Below the pieces are notes generated by a model that made no database searches, had not been told where the DNA came from, and worked only from the letters and a program-made list of their open reading frames with translations. DNA of 64,000 nucleotides from Sphagnum compactum (Eukaryota): NCBI GenBank assembly GCA_965153455.1, contig OZ234493.1, positions 23,426,213 to 23,490,212 on the forward strand, given 5' to 3'. Positions within the stretch are counted from its first letter, which is position 1; each line of letters begins with the position of its first letter. This document shows positions 51,774-64,000 of the stretch, piece by piece. The position numbers and the translations under genes are program-made.

Positions 51774-53069
51774 GGTGAAGAAGCACATTTTGTGCAAAAA
51801 AAATGTATGTCAGTTCCATTAAGCTCGTTTGAAGCACCTCAAATGAATAGTTGTTTTACCATGTTAACATATCATTGTGCGTTTGGTCTCGAGGATGAGA
51901 GGTTAGAGGATCATGTTGTAAACAAGGTGTAGGACAGCAAAGGACTTGGACGGTTAGGCCCTAGGAGAATGAAGCAATTTCACAACGACTCCATCAAGAC
52001 AAAGATATCAATGTGGGTTTAGAGTTGGTTAGAGTTATGTCACACTTAATCTTATATTATTTCATTATTATTGTATGGAACATGTGGACAACCTAGGACA
52101 TCCTTGTCATGGGCAACATCTAGCCTAGTTCAAGGGCATGCATCTGTAATTTGCACCGCATTTTGGGTAAAGCAATGAAAGACTAGATTATGGACAATGT
52201 TAGGCTTGAGCTTTCACCTACGCAAATCATGGCAAAGCACGAGCAACATTGTTATGCATAGGATCCCTCTAGAGAATCCTGGGCATGCGTTTTGTCCTCC
52301 CCCATAACATACACAATGCCATGGATATGTGTGTTAATTTGGAATACAAACACCATTGAAATGTGGCAACCGGTGTCAATTAACTATGGGCTAATGCAAA
52401 TATTGACAAAATGTTCTTCTTTCAACAAGAAGTAATAGCCTTGATGTTAACCGGACTGAAATTTTTTATCGAAATTCAAACTGTTTCCCAAAGAAAACTA
52501 ATGGTAGATCTCAGCCATCAAAAGGCCATTACATGTGATGCAACATTTGAAACAAATGACAAGGTATCGTGAGATCTTTATCCTATTCCTCCACTTCAAA
52601 CATGCAATGTCTCCATAAGACATCTAGATAATAAACATTTTGTTTCTTGTAATTCATGTTATATACATTGATGGTATTCAACAAAAGGCAAAATGGAATT
52701 CTTATGGCTTGGATTGTATCAATTCGAAACAAGATCATAGACCTCCAAACATGGTTGAGGTCGTGTTGAAGTACATTCTTAAGCACGATTTGCCTAAATG
52801 GAATTCGAATGCTTTCATAATTGACGATAGTTAAAGGTTTGGGGCATGAAAAACACATGTTACATTTAACCAATACATTTGACTAAAATGACTTATTTGA
52901 CCAAGTGTCAAGTCAAAAATTTGGTCAAAATGGATAAACGTCCATCAAAATGACCATGGCTTAATCAAATTGGCCATATTGAATGGATAGAGCTTAGTCA
53001 AATTGACCATCCTAATTTGACCCTTAGTCAAATGAGCCATATTCATTTGATGACTTAGCTTATTTGTTA

Positions 53070-54300
53070 AACCTAAGCTACCTACCTAGCCTAACATAAC
53101 TAGTAGGTTAGGCAAGGCTTAAATTACTTATTTAGCCTAGCATGATTAATAGTCTAGTAGGTTGCTTGTTAGGTAATAACCTAACTAGATAAACTAACCT
53201 AGACCTACTTAGTAGGTTACGTAGGATGTAGCCTAGGATTATTAAGTAACCTATAACTAGGTAGTGTAAGCCTTTTAGGTAGATAACTTAGGTGACCTAG
53301 GTTTATTTGGTAAACCTATTAACCATGTAAATAGCCTACTAGCTTAAACCTACTAAGTATAAAATACCATAGGCCACCTAAGCCTAGTTAGGTAGCCTAA
53401 CTTAAGCTATCAAGGTCTACTTGGTAACTACATATGTAGCATATAGTAGGCCACCTAGGCCTATAAGGTAGGTAGCTTAACCTAGGCCATTTAGGCCTAC
53501 TAGGTATGTAACCTAGCTTAGACCACCTAGGCTTACAAGGTAGATAGCCTAACCTAGGCCACTTAAGCTTATTAAGTAGGTACATAATTTCACCTAAGCT
53601 ACCTAGGCCTACTAGGTAAGTACATAACCTAACCTAGGCTTAGGTAGTTTACGTTAATTTAACCTAGGCCTACTAGGTCGGTATGTAACCTAACCTAGGC
53701 CACCTAGGCCAACTAGGTAAATAAGTAGCCTAACCTAGGCTACCTAGGCCACCTAAGCTACCTATGTAAGTACATACCCTAACCTAGGCAATTTAAGTTA
53801 GTTTAAGTAGGCTTACTAGGTAGGTATGTAGCTAACCTCGGCTACCTAGGCCACCTAGGCCTATTACGTAGATACATAGCCTAACCTAGGCAGCTTAGGT
53901 TAGTTTAAGTAGGCCTACTAGGTAGGTATGTAACTAACCTAGGCTACCTAGACCACCTAGGCCCACTAGATAGGTTTGTAATTAACCTACGCTAGGCCAC
54001 CTAAGCTACAAGGTATGTAGCTTAACTTATTAGGTAGGTAGCTTAAGCCCAAACCTACTTAATAAATTAAGCTACCTACCTAGTATGCCTAGGTTAAATC
54101 TATTAATATGTTAATAAGTATTTACATAACCTACTAAATAACATCTAAGGCATAGGTAGTTTACTAGGTAGGTATAAGCATAGATTTAGTAGGTATTTAT
54201 AAGGTCCAATAAATTATAACTTACATGTTACCTAAGTATGTGCATTTATTAGTAAGTATTTCCTACCTACCTAGGCTAACCTACCTATTTATGTAAATAA
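53070..54300. repeat. Palindrome-rich minisatellite (acctaggcctactaggtaggtatgtaacctaacctaggc-like units)
   Basis: Direct reading of repeated 40-65 bp units. Confidence 0.85.
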
Positions 54301-54423
54301 TACATCAAAAATTTCAAGTTCATATAGTGCAATATGTTGAAAAATAATTCAAGGAAGTTGATTACAATATGTTGGTCCGAAATCATGTTCATTACAATTA
54401 TGTTGTCCAAAAATATCACCTTA

Positions 54424-54497
54424 TGGGGTGGTGGTGCAATAGTTAAGGACTTGACTCCTTAATGTGGAAGTGAGGAATTCAAGTCCTCACACTTACA
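54424..54497 (+). other. tRNA-derived (SINE-head-like) cassette with A- and B-box-like motifs; not a functional tRNA
   Basis: A-box-like TGGTGCAATAGTTAAG. T-arm-like hairpin GTGAGGA-ATTCAAG-TCCTCAC (54470-54490). No clean anticodon stem. Confidence 0.5.
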
Positions 54498-55457
54498 GCC
54501 TAGGTTACCTTGATTACTTAAGTGACCTAATTAAGTAGCCTCGGTTGCAAAACCTATTATACCACCTAGCCTAGGCTACTTGGCCTAACTTAAAGGGCTT
54601 GGCTTACTTTAAGTGGCTAAGCTAGGTGGTTTAGCTTAAGCCTAAGACATAAGGTTGGTAGGTAAATAAATAAATAAAAATTTAGCATTAATTATTAAGT
54701 TTATTAATAGGTAGGTAGGTAAGTAGGTAAGGTAGGGTAATTAATTAATTAATATCTTCATATTAATTTTAAATAATTATATATATATATATATATGGTT
54801 GTTGCCCAAATTATATTATTGTCATGATGGTTTAGTAAAAAAAACCAATAAAAGAGACCTAATCAAAATGGTCAAGTCCAAATCAACTTGTCCAAAATGG
54901 CACTTTGGTCAAATTGGACATGGGGGCAAAAAAACCATAAGAGGGGTTTTTTTGGGTCAAAATTCTTGGTGAAAAAAAACATGATTTCTTATAGTGTACA
55001 TTCGCACATCCACTTCCCAAAACCAAGAACCACAAGTCTAACAAGGGTTTAGTCGTAATCACACCATGGTATATAATATACAGTCAATAATCCTAAGTTG
55101 AAATGGGCATCTTGTGGTTGCCCATGGGTGTAGAAAGGTAACTTATGCAACCAGCAAATTGTTGCACTAATGAAATTACGGCTGAATCTTCCCCTTGGGA
55201 CTAGTGTTCTGTCCTATGAGGCGCATCCCGGAACAACAACAAGTGCATTCGGGGCATTGAATGACCTGCCTCCCATCCCCTGAACGTAAAGGCTGCAATA
55301 ACTTGTTTGTTAACCCCTAGATTTGGTAGGACACCATGATTGAATAAACTAAAACCATATGTTCCATCAACATTGTCGTCTCCCTCATGCACTTGTGGGT
55401 GAAATCTTGTATGTGATCTTTATTCTCTTTGACATTGTGGGACAAAATGACTACTTG

Positions 55458-56290
55458 TGACGCGCTCCCTGGTCCCGGGGTGAACCCACTTGAGGGTTCA
55501 CCAATGTGAAGTTGCGGAAAGTTGAGACCGAAGGGCACGCTCCCGACTTCCAACTCTAGAAAGGGGTAGAGGGTCGAGTTGGAAGCCCCGGGATTAGACT
55601 AGGAAGAGGGACTAGCTTAGCTTGTGTGAATCTGCATCCAAAAACCAACCACGGGAGGTTAGTTTAGCATTCGGGACACCCTTTGGTGTTGAAACAAGCC
55701 ACGGGCACTTGGACACACAAGACTCACCACGGCCCGGACTCGGGGGAAGCCACCACCTTCCCCCTTATAGTATTCTCTGCAGCTCGTCACGGAGGCTACA
55801 TCCAAATGGCACATTTTCTTGGGACTCCTGAAATGGAGTCCCGAAATGGAGTCCCAAAACTGTCCCGGCGGGACTCCCGGAACTTTGAACGGCCATAACT
55901 CCCGACTCCGGCGTTCGATCGCGACAAGTTTTGAACCAAAGTTGTAGCCCTTGTTGAGATCTTTTCAACGCCATGTCGCACTCCCTGAGGCGACGTCGGG
56001 AAAGGGTCGATTCCTGACTTTTAGTGGTCGGGAGTCAAACTGCCAATTTGACTCCCGGCCCTTCTTTTGCCCATAACTTGGGCTGCAGATGTCCGAATGG
56101 CCAATGCGAGGCCATTTTCGATATCTACGTTTCAAGACATTTTCAATGACACTAAGAACACCTCAATGCGAGGTGTTTTGGGCCTTTTTGTCGAGCTCTA
56201 AACATTCGGGAGTCCCGGAGGACTCCAAACCTCCAACTTTTCCAAGTGTTGGGCTTCACCCCCACACTTGGCCAAAGTGGGGTTGCGACA
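55458..56290. mobile_element. Solo LTR (833 bp), relatively young
   Basis: TG...CA termini and a perfect 5-bp TSD ACTTG (55453-55457, 56291-56295). GC- and CpG-rich compared with its flanks. Confidence 0.9.
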
Positions 56291-57614
56291 ACTTGTAGTC
56301 CCAAATTTTGGCAGAATTCAAGTCTGCTCAAGGGAAAATGGAATCTTTAAAAGCCTGATTAGAGGCCAGGTTGTGTCACCCCATTGGGAACATCTTGCTA
56401 TTGTAGTGGATGGCAATAACCTTAGCCTGAAGAAAAAGCTTGATTTTATTGATTACATGAGAAAACAAATCTAAGTTCGATTCTACACCATGACCAAGAA
56501 TCACTGACCAAGAATTAGTCACTTGTAATGCGAAGATATCATCATGGATCAAGGTCAACTTGACAGACGGGTTTGATAAATGGCTACCCTTGGGGGCCCA
56601 ATAGTATAAGGTAAAGGACCTCTTCCCTAGGAACAGATTTAGTAGGGTTTCAGAGGAGTTCAACAACATGTAAAATTGGAACCACATTTGTCCCTATCAC
56701 AAGGTATTGACAAATAACAATGTTCTTGACTAACTTGTAACCTATGATGTAACTTTTTGCTTATGAATAATATGTATTGGATCCCCATGTATGCATGTTG
56801 ATTTCATCATGTTTTAGTAATAGAAGACCTAAGACATTAATCTTTTGCTTTAAACATTTGCAGACATTTGCACATCTTTATTAACCAGAAACTTTACCCC
56901 AATTGGAATTAGACAACTCTAAGAACATTAAAAGCCATCTTACTTCAAAATTGTTTGATTCCAATCAAAACAAAATTCTTATGTTTATAGGACAGTTGTG
57001 AACTAGGTTGAGGACATTATGAGCCACCATTCTTTTGCCACAAAATGAAATATATAGTCAGGAAAACATTAACATTTTTTTATTATCTTCTTGGGTTGCA
57101 ACATCCACTCCCTAACAACATCATTCTTGGAAACACAACGTCTCCCTGGTAAGAGTTGTACTATTGGATTTGCCAAAAGAAAGTTTTCCCTGGGGAGACA
57201 AGATTCAAAGATTCTCTTCAAGGATCGCTCCACAGGCAATGACTTTCCCTAAGGATGATTTTCTTCAAGTGATGATTATCCCCAAGCCTCAAGGACAACC
57301 TCCCTAGGGAACATAGCTTTCTCCTTGGCATGAAGTTCCAAGCTTGCTATTGGGATCCTCCTCCCCTAGGGAACACATCTTCTCCTGCACCAAAGAGATC
57401 TTGTCACCTTCCTCGGGCCATATTTGAACACCAAAAACCTACCCCTACACGTTACTTTGAAAAGCTAAAGGTTCTTGTATAATGATACCTACTATTCAAA
57501 TAACACTTTCGCCTTGCAACGTAATCATTACGTGGCACAAATTATCAAAGAATTATCATTCACCTATGTAACAATCATCTCATGCCTTATATACCATAAC
57601 ACCTTAGGAACCAT

Positions 57615-58327
57615 TGTCAAGGACACGAAAAACCACAAGAACAAATACTAAAGAAAAGGTCTAAGTCTCACCTTCAAACAAGGAACAAGACAAAATTATG
57701 TGATTCATAAATAAAAACACAAGGACTAATAACAAGAACACAAGACGTGCAAAACAAAGATGAAAACAAATTTTTATTATGCTAACATATGCAAACATGA
57801 ACATGAAAAAAACATGACAAGGCTATGGTGTAAGATTGTGCTTAAAACTGGTGTTGAATAGACTAAAGGAAACGAGGGGTCCTACATTTATTTATACCCC
57901 TTTGGGGACCTAGCTAAAAGAAATTTCCAAGGAATCTTCTATGTGTGCATCAAGTAAAGAAACTTCTTAAGAACCTTCTTAATTGAGAGTCACTTTGAAT
58001 TAACTGAAAGTCAATTGGGACTTAATTAGAAGTCAACTGGGAATTAACTAAAATTAATTAGGGCTTAACTATGAGTCAACTTTGAATTTACTGGGACTTA
58101 ATTTGAAGTTGACTAAAAGTTAACTAGGATTTAACTGGGACTTAACTTGAAGTTGATTAGGAATTAATTGGGAATTAACTTGGATTTAACTAAAACTTAA
58201 CTAAGACTTAACTAAAATGAACTAAAATTCAACTTGAAGTTAATTAAAAGTGAACTAAAATTAAAAAAGTTAGGTACATGGATGAACATTCAAATGAATA
58301 AATTCCATGGCATTGGCATTTGTGACA
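57615..58327 (-). repeat. 3' LTR of the second Ty3 element
   Basis: Minus strand reads TGTCACA...TTGACA directly after the polypurine tract AAAAGGGAGG. TATAAATA at ~57896-57889. U3 contains ttaactggga-type short repeats (57990-58260). Confidence 0.75.
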
Positions 58328-60743
58328 TCACCTCCCTTTTTAAGGACAAGTTCCACGAGGAACAAACTTGGGTTTGTTTGGATATTGTCAATGAAACTCA
58401 TGCACCTTCTCCATGGGATTCAATAGGTTCTTGATTGGTTCCCAAGTGCATTCATTCATATCATACCCATTCCAATGAACAAGATATTGGAGTTGACGAT
58501 TATAGATCCTTGAATCTAAAATGTCTTACACTTCATATTCATGTTCTCCATCAACTTCAATAGGTGGAGGGGGATCATGGATTGTTCCTGGAATGGTAAA
58601 ATGCGTGATAAAATTCTAACAAGGAAACATGAAACATAGGATGAATTTTCATAGAACTTGGAAACTTGAGTTGGAAAGCCACAACGTTGATTTGTTTCAC
58701 AATAAGGAATGGACCTAACCTTTGATGATCCAACTTTTTTGATGGCCTTGTTGTCTTGATATGTTGTCATCAAAGTCAAACCTGGTCCCTGGCTTTGAAA
58801 TTGGGTTATTCCTTTCGATGTTCATCAACATTCCCCTTATATTGTTTTTATGTTTTTTCAAGGTTAGATACAAGTTGAGTTCGAACATTCACTAACCACA
58901 TGGTTGAATTTTTGCTACTAAATTCACAACTTTATGCACACTTAGAATGTCAAACTTGGGGTGCAAACCATGATTTGTAAAAAAAAGTATTTGTTAGGTT
59001 GATGAATGCATATGTTGTTATGAGCAAACTCTACCATGGCCAAAATTTTTGATTAATCATTTTGATGATTATTAGTTGTGCACCGTAAATATCGCTTTAA
59101 GACTTGATTGACCCGTTTTGTTAGCCCATCCATTTGGGGGTGGAAAGTTGATGATAACTTCACTTTCGCACCTAAAAGCTCAAAGAATCACTTTCAGAAT
59201 TTGGATGTAAACTGAGGCCCACAATCAGAAATGATATCTTTAGGAAGAACATGATATCGAAAAACATGATCAAAGAATAATTTGGTTATTCCTTCGCTAA
59301 TGATTATTTTGGTACACATAATGAAATGAACCATCTTTGTCAAATCATCCACCACCACCAAAATGGAATCATAAGAACTAAACGGTGGAAGGTTTGTGAT
59401 GAAATCCATAGAAATTGAAGACCACAAGGTTGAAGGGATTAACAATGGTTGAAGGAAACCACGAAGGCGATGATGAAGATCATAATAAAGTAGACCATCT
59501 TAAAATTTGAACTTAACATGATCACTAGAAAAATCTTGGATTTGATGATGATTCCTTAATTGGCTTTGGATGCCAATAATAAGAAGGTCATTCTTTAAAT
59601 CTTCACAAATTTGACAAAAAAGGGTTGTGTCATCAAGAATTATTAACAATGCTTGAAATCGAAAATGTTCAGGCTTAAGAATGACATCACGTTGTTGCTC
59701 ATAGGTTGCATCTCCTTCCTTAGGCATGAAATTCAAATGATGGGACAATGAAATTTCCATTGCTAGTGCCTAAGGTGATATGTGATGACAATTTAAAATT
59801 GAAACAAAGATAATGCCCATCGAACTTGGTGTTGATTCAAAACACCAGTTGTCATGAAATACTGCAAGTTCTTATGGTCTAAATACATAGTGAAATTTAA
59901 TTTCGAGCTCCTTCAAGTAAATGATGCCACTCTTCAAAGGCATCCACGATGGTTATAAATTCTTTATCATGAATCTCGTAATTAATCAACAATGGCCTAA
60001 ACCTTGCGAGGATACATTTGAATACCATCTTTAGAGATAACGTAACCCAGAAATTCCACTTAAGATTGATGGAATTCACACTTCTCCAATTTAGCATAAA
60101 GTCCAACTTCCCAAAGCTTCTCCAAAACCAAACATACATGGTGCTCATGGTCCTCCATGTTCTTTGAGAAAATGAAACTGTCATCAATGTAATAGACCAC
60201 GAAATTGTCCAAATATTCACGAAGGACATCGTTCATCAAATGTTGAAAAACAACAAGCATGTTAGTAAGGCCAAATGACATCACAACATATTCAAAATGG
60301 TCGTAACAAGTTCTCAACGCCGTTTTCCATTCATCGCCTTCTCGAATGCGCACCAAGTTGTATGTTCCACGTAAATCAATATTGGTGTACACCTTGGCAT
60401 GACTCAGCTAGTCCAACAACCTCGAGATTAGGGGCAAAGGGTACTGATTCTCAATGGTGAATCGATTCAACCCATAGTAATTGACACACATTTGGAGGGA
60501 ACCATCTTTCTTCTTGACAAACAAAATCACGGCACCAGCTAGAAACTTGGAATGTTGAAGAACCCCTTTTCGAGGTTCTCATCAAGGTATTCACGAAGCG
60601 CTTCAAGTTCGTTTTATGACAAATTATAGAGGGATCCGAATGGAAGTTGCACTACTTCCGTAAGATGAATGGTGAAATCGTATAGTTGATGTTTAAACAA
60701 GATGTCCGCATTTTTCTTTTCAAACACATCCTTGATTTCTTGG

Positions 60744-63039
60744 CACTAGTAAAAAACCCCCGCTTTTTTTACTACATTTCCAATTTACAATTATAGTTGA
60801 AAATGACCTTTTTGATTACAACTTAGTTTTTTCAATTGCAATCTATTTTTTTCAACTGCTAACAACCAAAATCGAAAAGTACAAGTCGAAAATGGAATTA
60901 CAATTCAAAATGACAACCATGTGTCAACACCACATAATAACTTTTTTTGACGATTTTAATTGGAAATGATTCCACCATTATAATTGAAAGTTGTTTTCGA
61001 CTATAACTTCCCATTGGATGAACTTCATCCGTTGACAAATCATGACATCATCAAAATTTGAGTTGAAATTTCAGCTATATTTTGACTATCATCACAAATT
61101 TCCCCCCACCATGTATCTATGCCTTTATAACACTTTAACAATGTGTTCAAGGTTAAGTGCCAATTACGTGTTGATAAATTATTGCCATAATGTTATTATG
61201 GCACTATAACATAATGTTTGATCATCACAATGTGTTACAATGCAATCACACATCATATCAATGACTATATCAACACTTAGTTAGCACTTAACCTTGAACA
61301 CATTGTCAAAGTGTTGTAAAAGCACTAAACCTTGTAGGGGGCAAGTTTATGATGATGTTTTTGATTACGTTTCAACTATGTTTTCGATTACGTTTCAACT
61401 ATGTTACAACTATGTTAGGTAAAAAGTCTAGCTAATAGTTTGTTAACACGTGGCCCCAAAATCTAACCAATAATTTGTTCACACTTGGCCCTAGTGTCTA
61501 ACAAGTAGTTTTTGGCACATGTCCCACCTAGGGCTACATATCACTTAGGTTAGAGCTAAATTTAAGCTAGACCCAAACCTAAGCTAAGTTTGGACTTAAG
61601 CTAAGCCCAAACCTAGTTAGGTTTTGAATTAGGCTAAACCTAGACCTAGGCCAAATGCCATTCAATTAATAATTTGTTCTTTCATTTTAAGTTTAGCCTT
61701 TAAGGTCAAACTTTTGTGATTAGCTCATCACAAATGGTTATGAAACAATATAAAGTTTTTGAGATTTCCCAATGCTTCTAATTCACCTTTTTATATACTT
61801 TAGAAACTTGTCATGGAAAATAAATAATATGGGATAAACATTTTAGTTGTAAGCTAAGGTAGAACGACCAATGAAAAATCATTTAGTGATTCAGAGTTCA
61901 ACGAAATCCAAGGATGATCTTATTTGTTTGTGGCGTCCAAGGAGAGATAAAAGACCTCCTCTTGGTGCATCTGAGGCATCAAAAATCTTCACAAATGGAT
62001 AAAAAATGAGAAAGTTATGCCTCCCCAAAATAAGGCGAGCTCAAAAAAGAAAATGCTATAACACTTGAAAGCCTATTCTTGAACATTCAAAACAGTTCTA
62101 GGACATTGCTCCATTTCTTTTAAAGTTCAAAACTAATTTGTAGAACGTAAGGTGGCACTCCCATAACACTTTAAATCACTAAAATTGAGCAAGAAACGAG
62201 AAAGATATGAGTTTCGAAAGTTAGAGGGGTCTAAAAGAAAAAATGCATTTTGAAGCTTAAAAAAACGTGTTTTGTATTATTTTTCTTCTAGCTCTTTCTT
62301 CAATACTCCTTTGTCTATGCAATTCAAAGGTTAATTGTAGAGTTTAATTAGTGATCCCATAAACTGTTAAATCACTCAAAATGAAGAAAAGATGAGAAAG
62401 ATATGAATAAGTGTTTGGTACATGTCGCCAATTAGTGATGGGCAATTCTACCCTCGTTGTAACCAATTTACAACTTAACTAGTTGTAACCCAATTGCAAG
62501 TTAATCACGATGACCTACTAAAACCTAGCAACCTACTTACTTAACTAGTACTTAACTATTTACCTAGCCTAGTCTACTACCAATTAACCTAACTTACTAA
62601 ACTTATCAATTAACCTAACCTACTAATAAATGTAGCATATGTGGCACTTAGGTTGGGCTAAAGTTAAACAAGGTGGCACCTAGGCCTAGACCATCTAGTA
62701 CTTATCTAAAACCTAACAAAAGTAGCCTGGGGGTTTAATAGCTACTAGCTTACAAACTAACGTAATGTATGTGGCACCTAAGTTGGCTTTAAAACTAGAT
62801 ATGGTGGCACTTGAGCTTAGACCACCTAATACCTATTTAATACTTAACATAGGTAGCTTAGAGACTTAATTTAACTAATACTAGTTAGAAAATACCTATT
62901 ATGTGGGTACCTAGTATGTATTAGGTAAGTACCTATTAAGTAATAGTTAGTAGGTACGTAAAGGTAGGTACTAACTACCTAGCTAGCTACTAACTAGTAG
63001 GTAGGTTTACTTAGTAGCTAACTAAACTAAACCTTAACC
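60744..63039. mobile_element. CACTA-type non-autonomous element inserted in the chromovirus; the far end is lost together with the protease region
   Basis: Starts CACTAGTAAAAAA exactly where pol homology breaks. Shares an internal segment and ACCTA/TAGGT arrays with 10735-12648. Confidence 0.7.
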
Positions 63040-64000
63040 TTGAACCCATGTTTGTTTTTTGACTCTCATGGTTGTGCATTAGTAACAAAGATGGTGTGTT
63101 GTATGTGGTCCACATTTCTTCAGACACTCACGAGCAACATGACTTGGTTCTCCACAATACAAACAAAGATTATTTGTACATTGGCATTATTTTTTTGTTT
63201 TGTGAGGGGCTTGAATCTTGTCTTATCAATCTGCATGGGGTCATCCTTTGATGAGGTTGGCCGAAAGCTCAGCTGGCATTGTAGGTGGAAAACTCTTTTA
63301 TGTTGCCAGTGGTGCAAAACTCCTTTGTGTTGTTGATGTGAATTCATGGCGCCTTTCTTGTCAACGTTCAAAAAGTTTATTGTCACATCGAAGAGCTTGT
63401 GCAATGGCCTGACTTAATGTTGAAAGGTCTAGCAAGGTGAATAGTAAGTCCTTCACATCACTTCATAACCCAAACTAAAACTAATTTATGAAAATTGTTT
63501 CACCCCATGAAATATCGCAAGCCAACTATCTGAATTTTGATGCATATACTGCAACTAAATGTGATCCTTGACAAAGAGATCATATTTTGATGTTAGACGT
63601 GCATTCTTTGTCCGAATGTCTAGAGGTGGCATTGAACTCTTCAAGAAACACTTCAAAGTCGTTGAGTAAGGGTGATTGATGTTCCAACAAAGGTGTGAAC
63701 CAAGCAAAGGTTATGCTTGACAACAAGGTGCCAATGAATTCAACTTGAGTTGGACCAGTTAGATGCCGATGAGGATTAAGTTGGATGACCAAATGCACTT
63801 GGTTGACAAAAATTTGAAACTTTGAATGTTTGCCATCAAACTTGTCAGGTAGGTTAATCCATGACTCCTTTTGTTGGGGTTGTGTCGCCAAAACGCATCC
63901 AAAAGAGGTTGAAGCTTGATTGGTTTGTAAATGAATAACAAATTTTCAAAGTGTTTGATTTTCCTATTCAAAATTCCTAAGGATAGCAAGGACTCCTTCC

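Larger units (their letters stand above)
52876..54918. mobile_element. Non-autonomous element filled with CCTAGG/TAGGTAGG arrays
   Basis: tttgac(c/t)aa / ttggtcaaa repeats occur in inverted orientation at the two ends. The element interrupts the MULE/SWIM pseudogene. Confidence 0.55.
51860..55200 (+). pseudogene. MULE-type transposase-like gene with a SWIM zinc finger, degenerate and interrupted
   Basis: Motifs in order: YHCAFGLED, QCGFRV..HVDNLGHPCHG..FAPH, LW..N.DKMFFFQ, FFIEIQT..ITCDATFETNDK, (intron), LYTLMVFN..QNGI.MAWIV, WNSNAFIIDD. After the insertion comes NPKLKWASCGCPW..GNLC (SWIM, ~55090-55150). A C-terminal tail may continue past the solo LTR to ~56700. Confidence 0.8.
57615..64000 (-). 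mobile_element. Degenerate chromovirus (Ty3, Tcn1-like), running off the window end
   Basis: gag remnants 63040-63990 (LPDKFDG, PMQIDKTRFKPLT). RT/RNase H 59800-60740. Integrase 59000-59450 (ISMDFITNLP..IISDCGPQFTSKF). Chromodomain EYEV*DILDSR..QYLVHWNGY..CTWEP at ~58545-58440. Confidence 0.93.

Noticed and set aside
54424-54497. Functional tRNA gene
   Set aside because: There is no convincing anticodon or acceptor stem and the B-box is degenerate. Kept only as a tRNA-derived cassette.

Overview
AT-rich eukaryotic nuclear DNA from a land plant. The repeat style and the TE clades present suggest a bryophyte, probably a moss such as Sphagnum; this is inference only. One intact host gene is visible: a DREB-subfamily AP2/ERF transcription factor (27187-27777, minus). 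Most of the rest is nested, decaying mobile DNA. A ~15.3 kb hAT element with an 8-bp TSD (7419-22676) contains two CACTA-type elements. The larger CACTA contains a truncated Tf1/Tcn1-like Ty3 retrotransposon and four intron-separated exons of an ER HSP90 (GRP94/SHEPHERD-like) gene, so it looks like a Pack-CACTA. The Ty3 has a self-priming-type PBS and a -1 frameshift signal. Also present: a CRE-clade non-LTR retrotransposon (RT-CCHC-restriction-like endonuclease), a MULE/SWIM transposase-like pseudogene cut by two insertions, a second chromodomain-bearing Ty3, a young solo LTR with three decayed relatives, several MITEs with readable TIRs/TSDs, a small Helitron, a 2-kb foldback element and a mitochondrial rrn26 NUMT. 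No CRISPR array or prokaryotic system is present, and I see no convincing new multi-gene system. The best leads are the gene capture, the tRNA-independent priming structure and the rarely described TE clades. Family assignments come from motifs recognised by eye, not from database searches.
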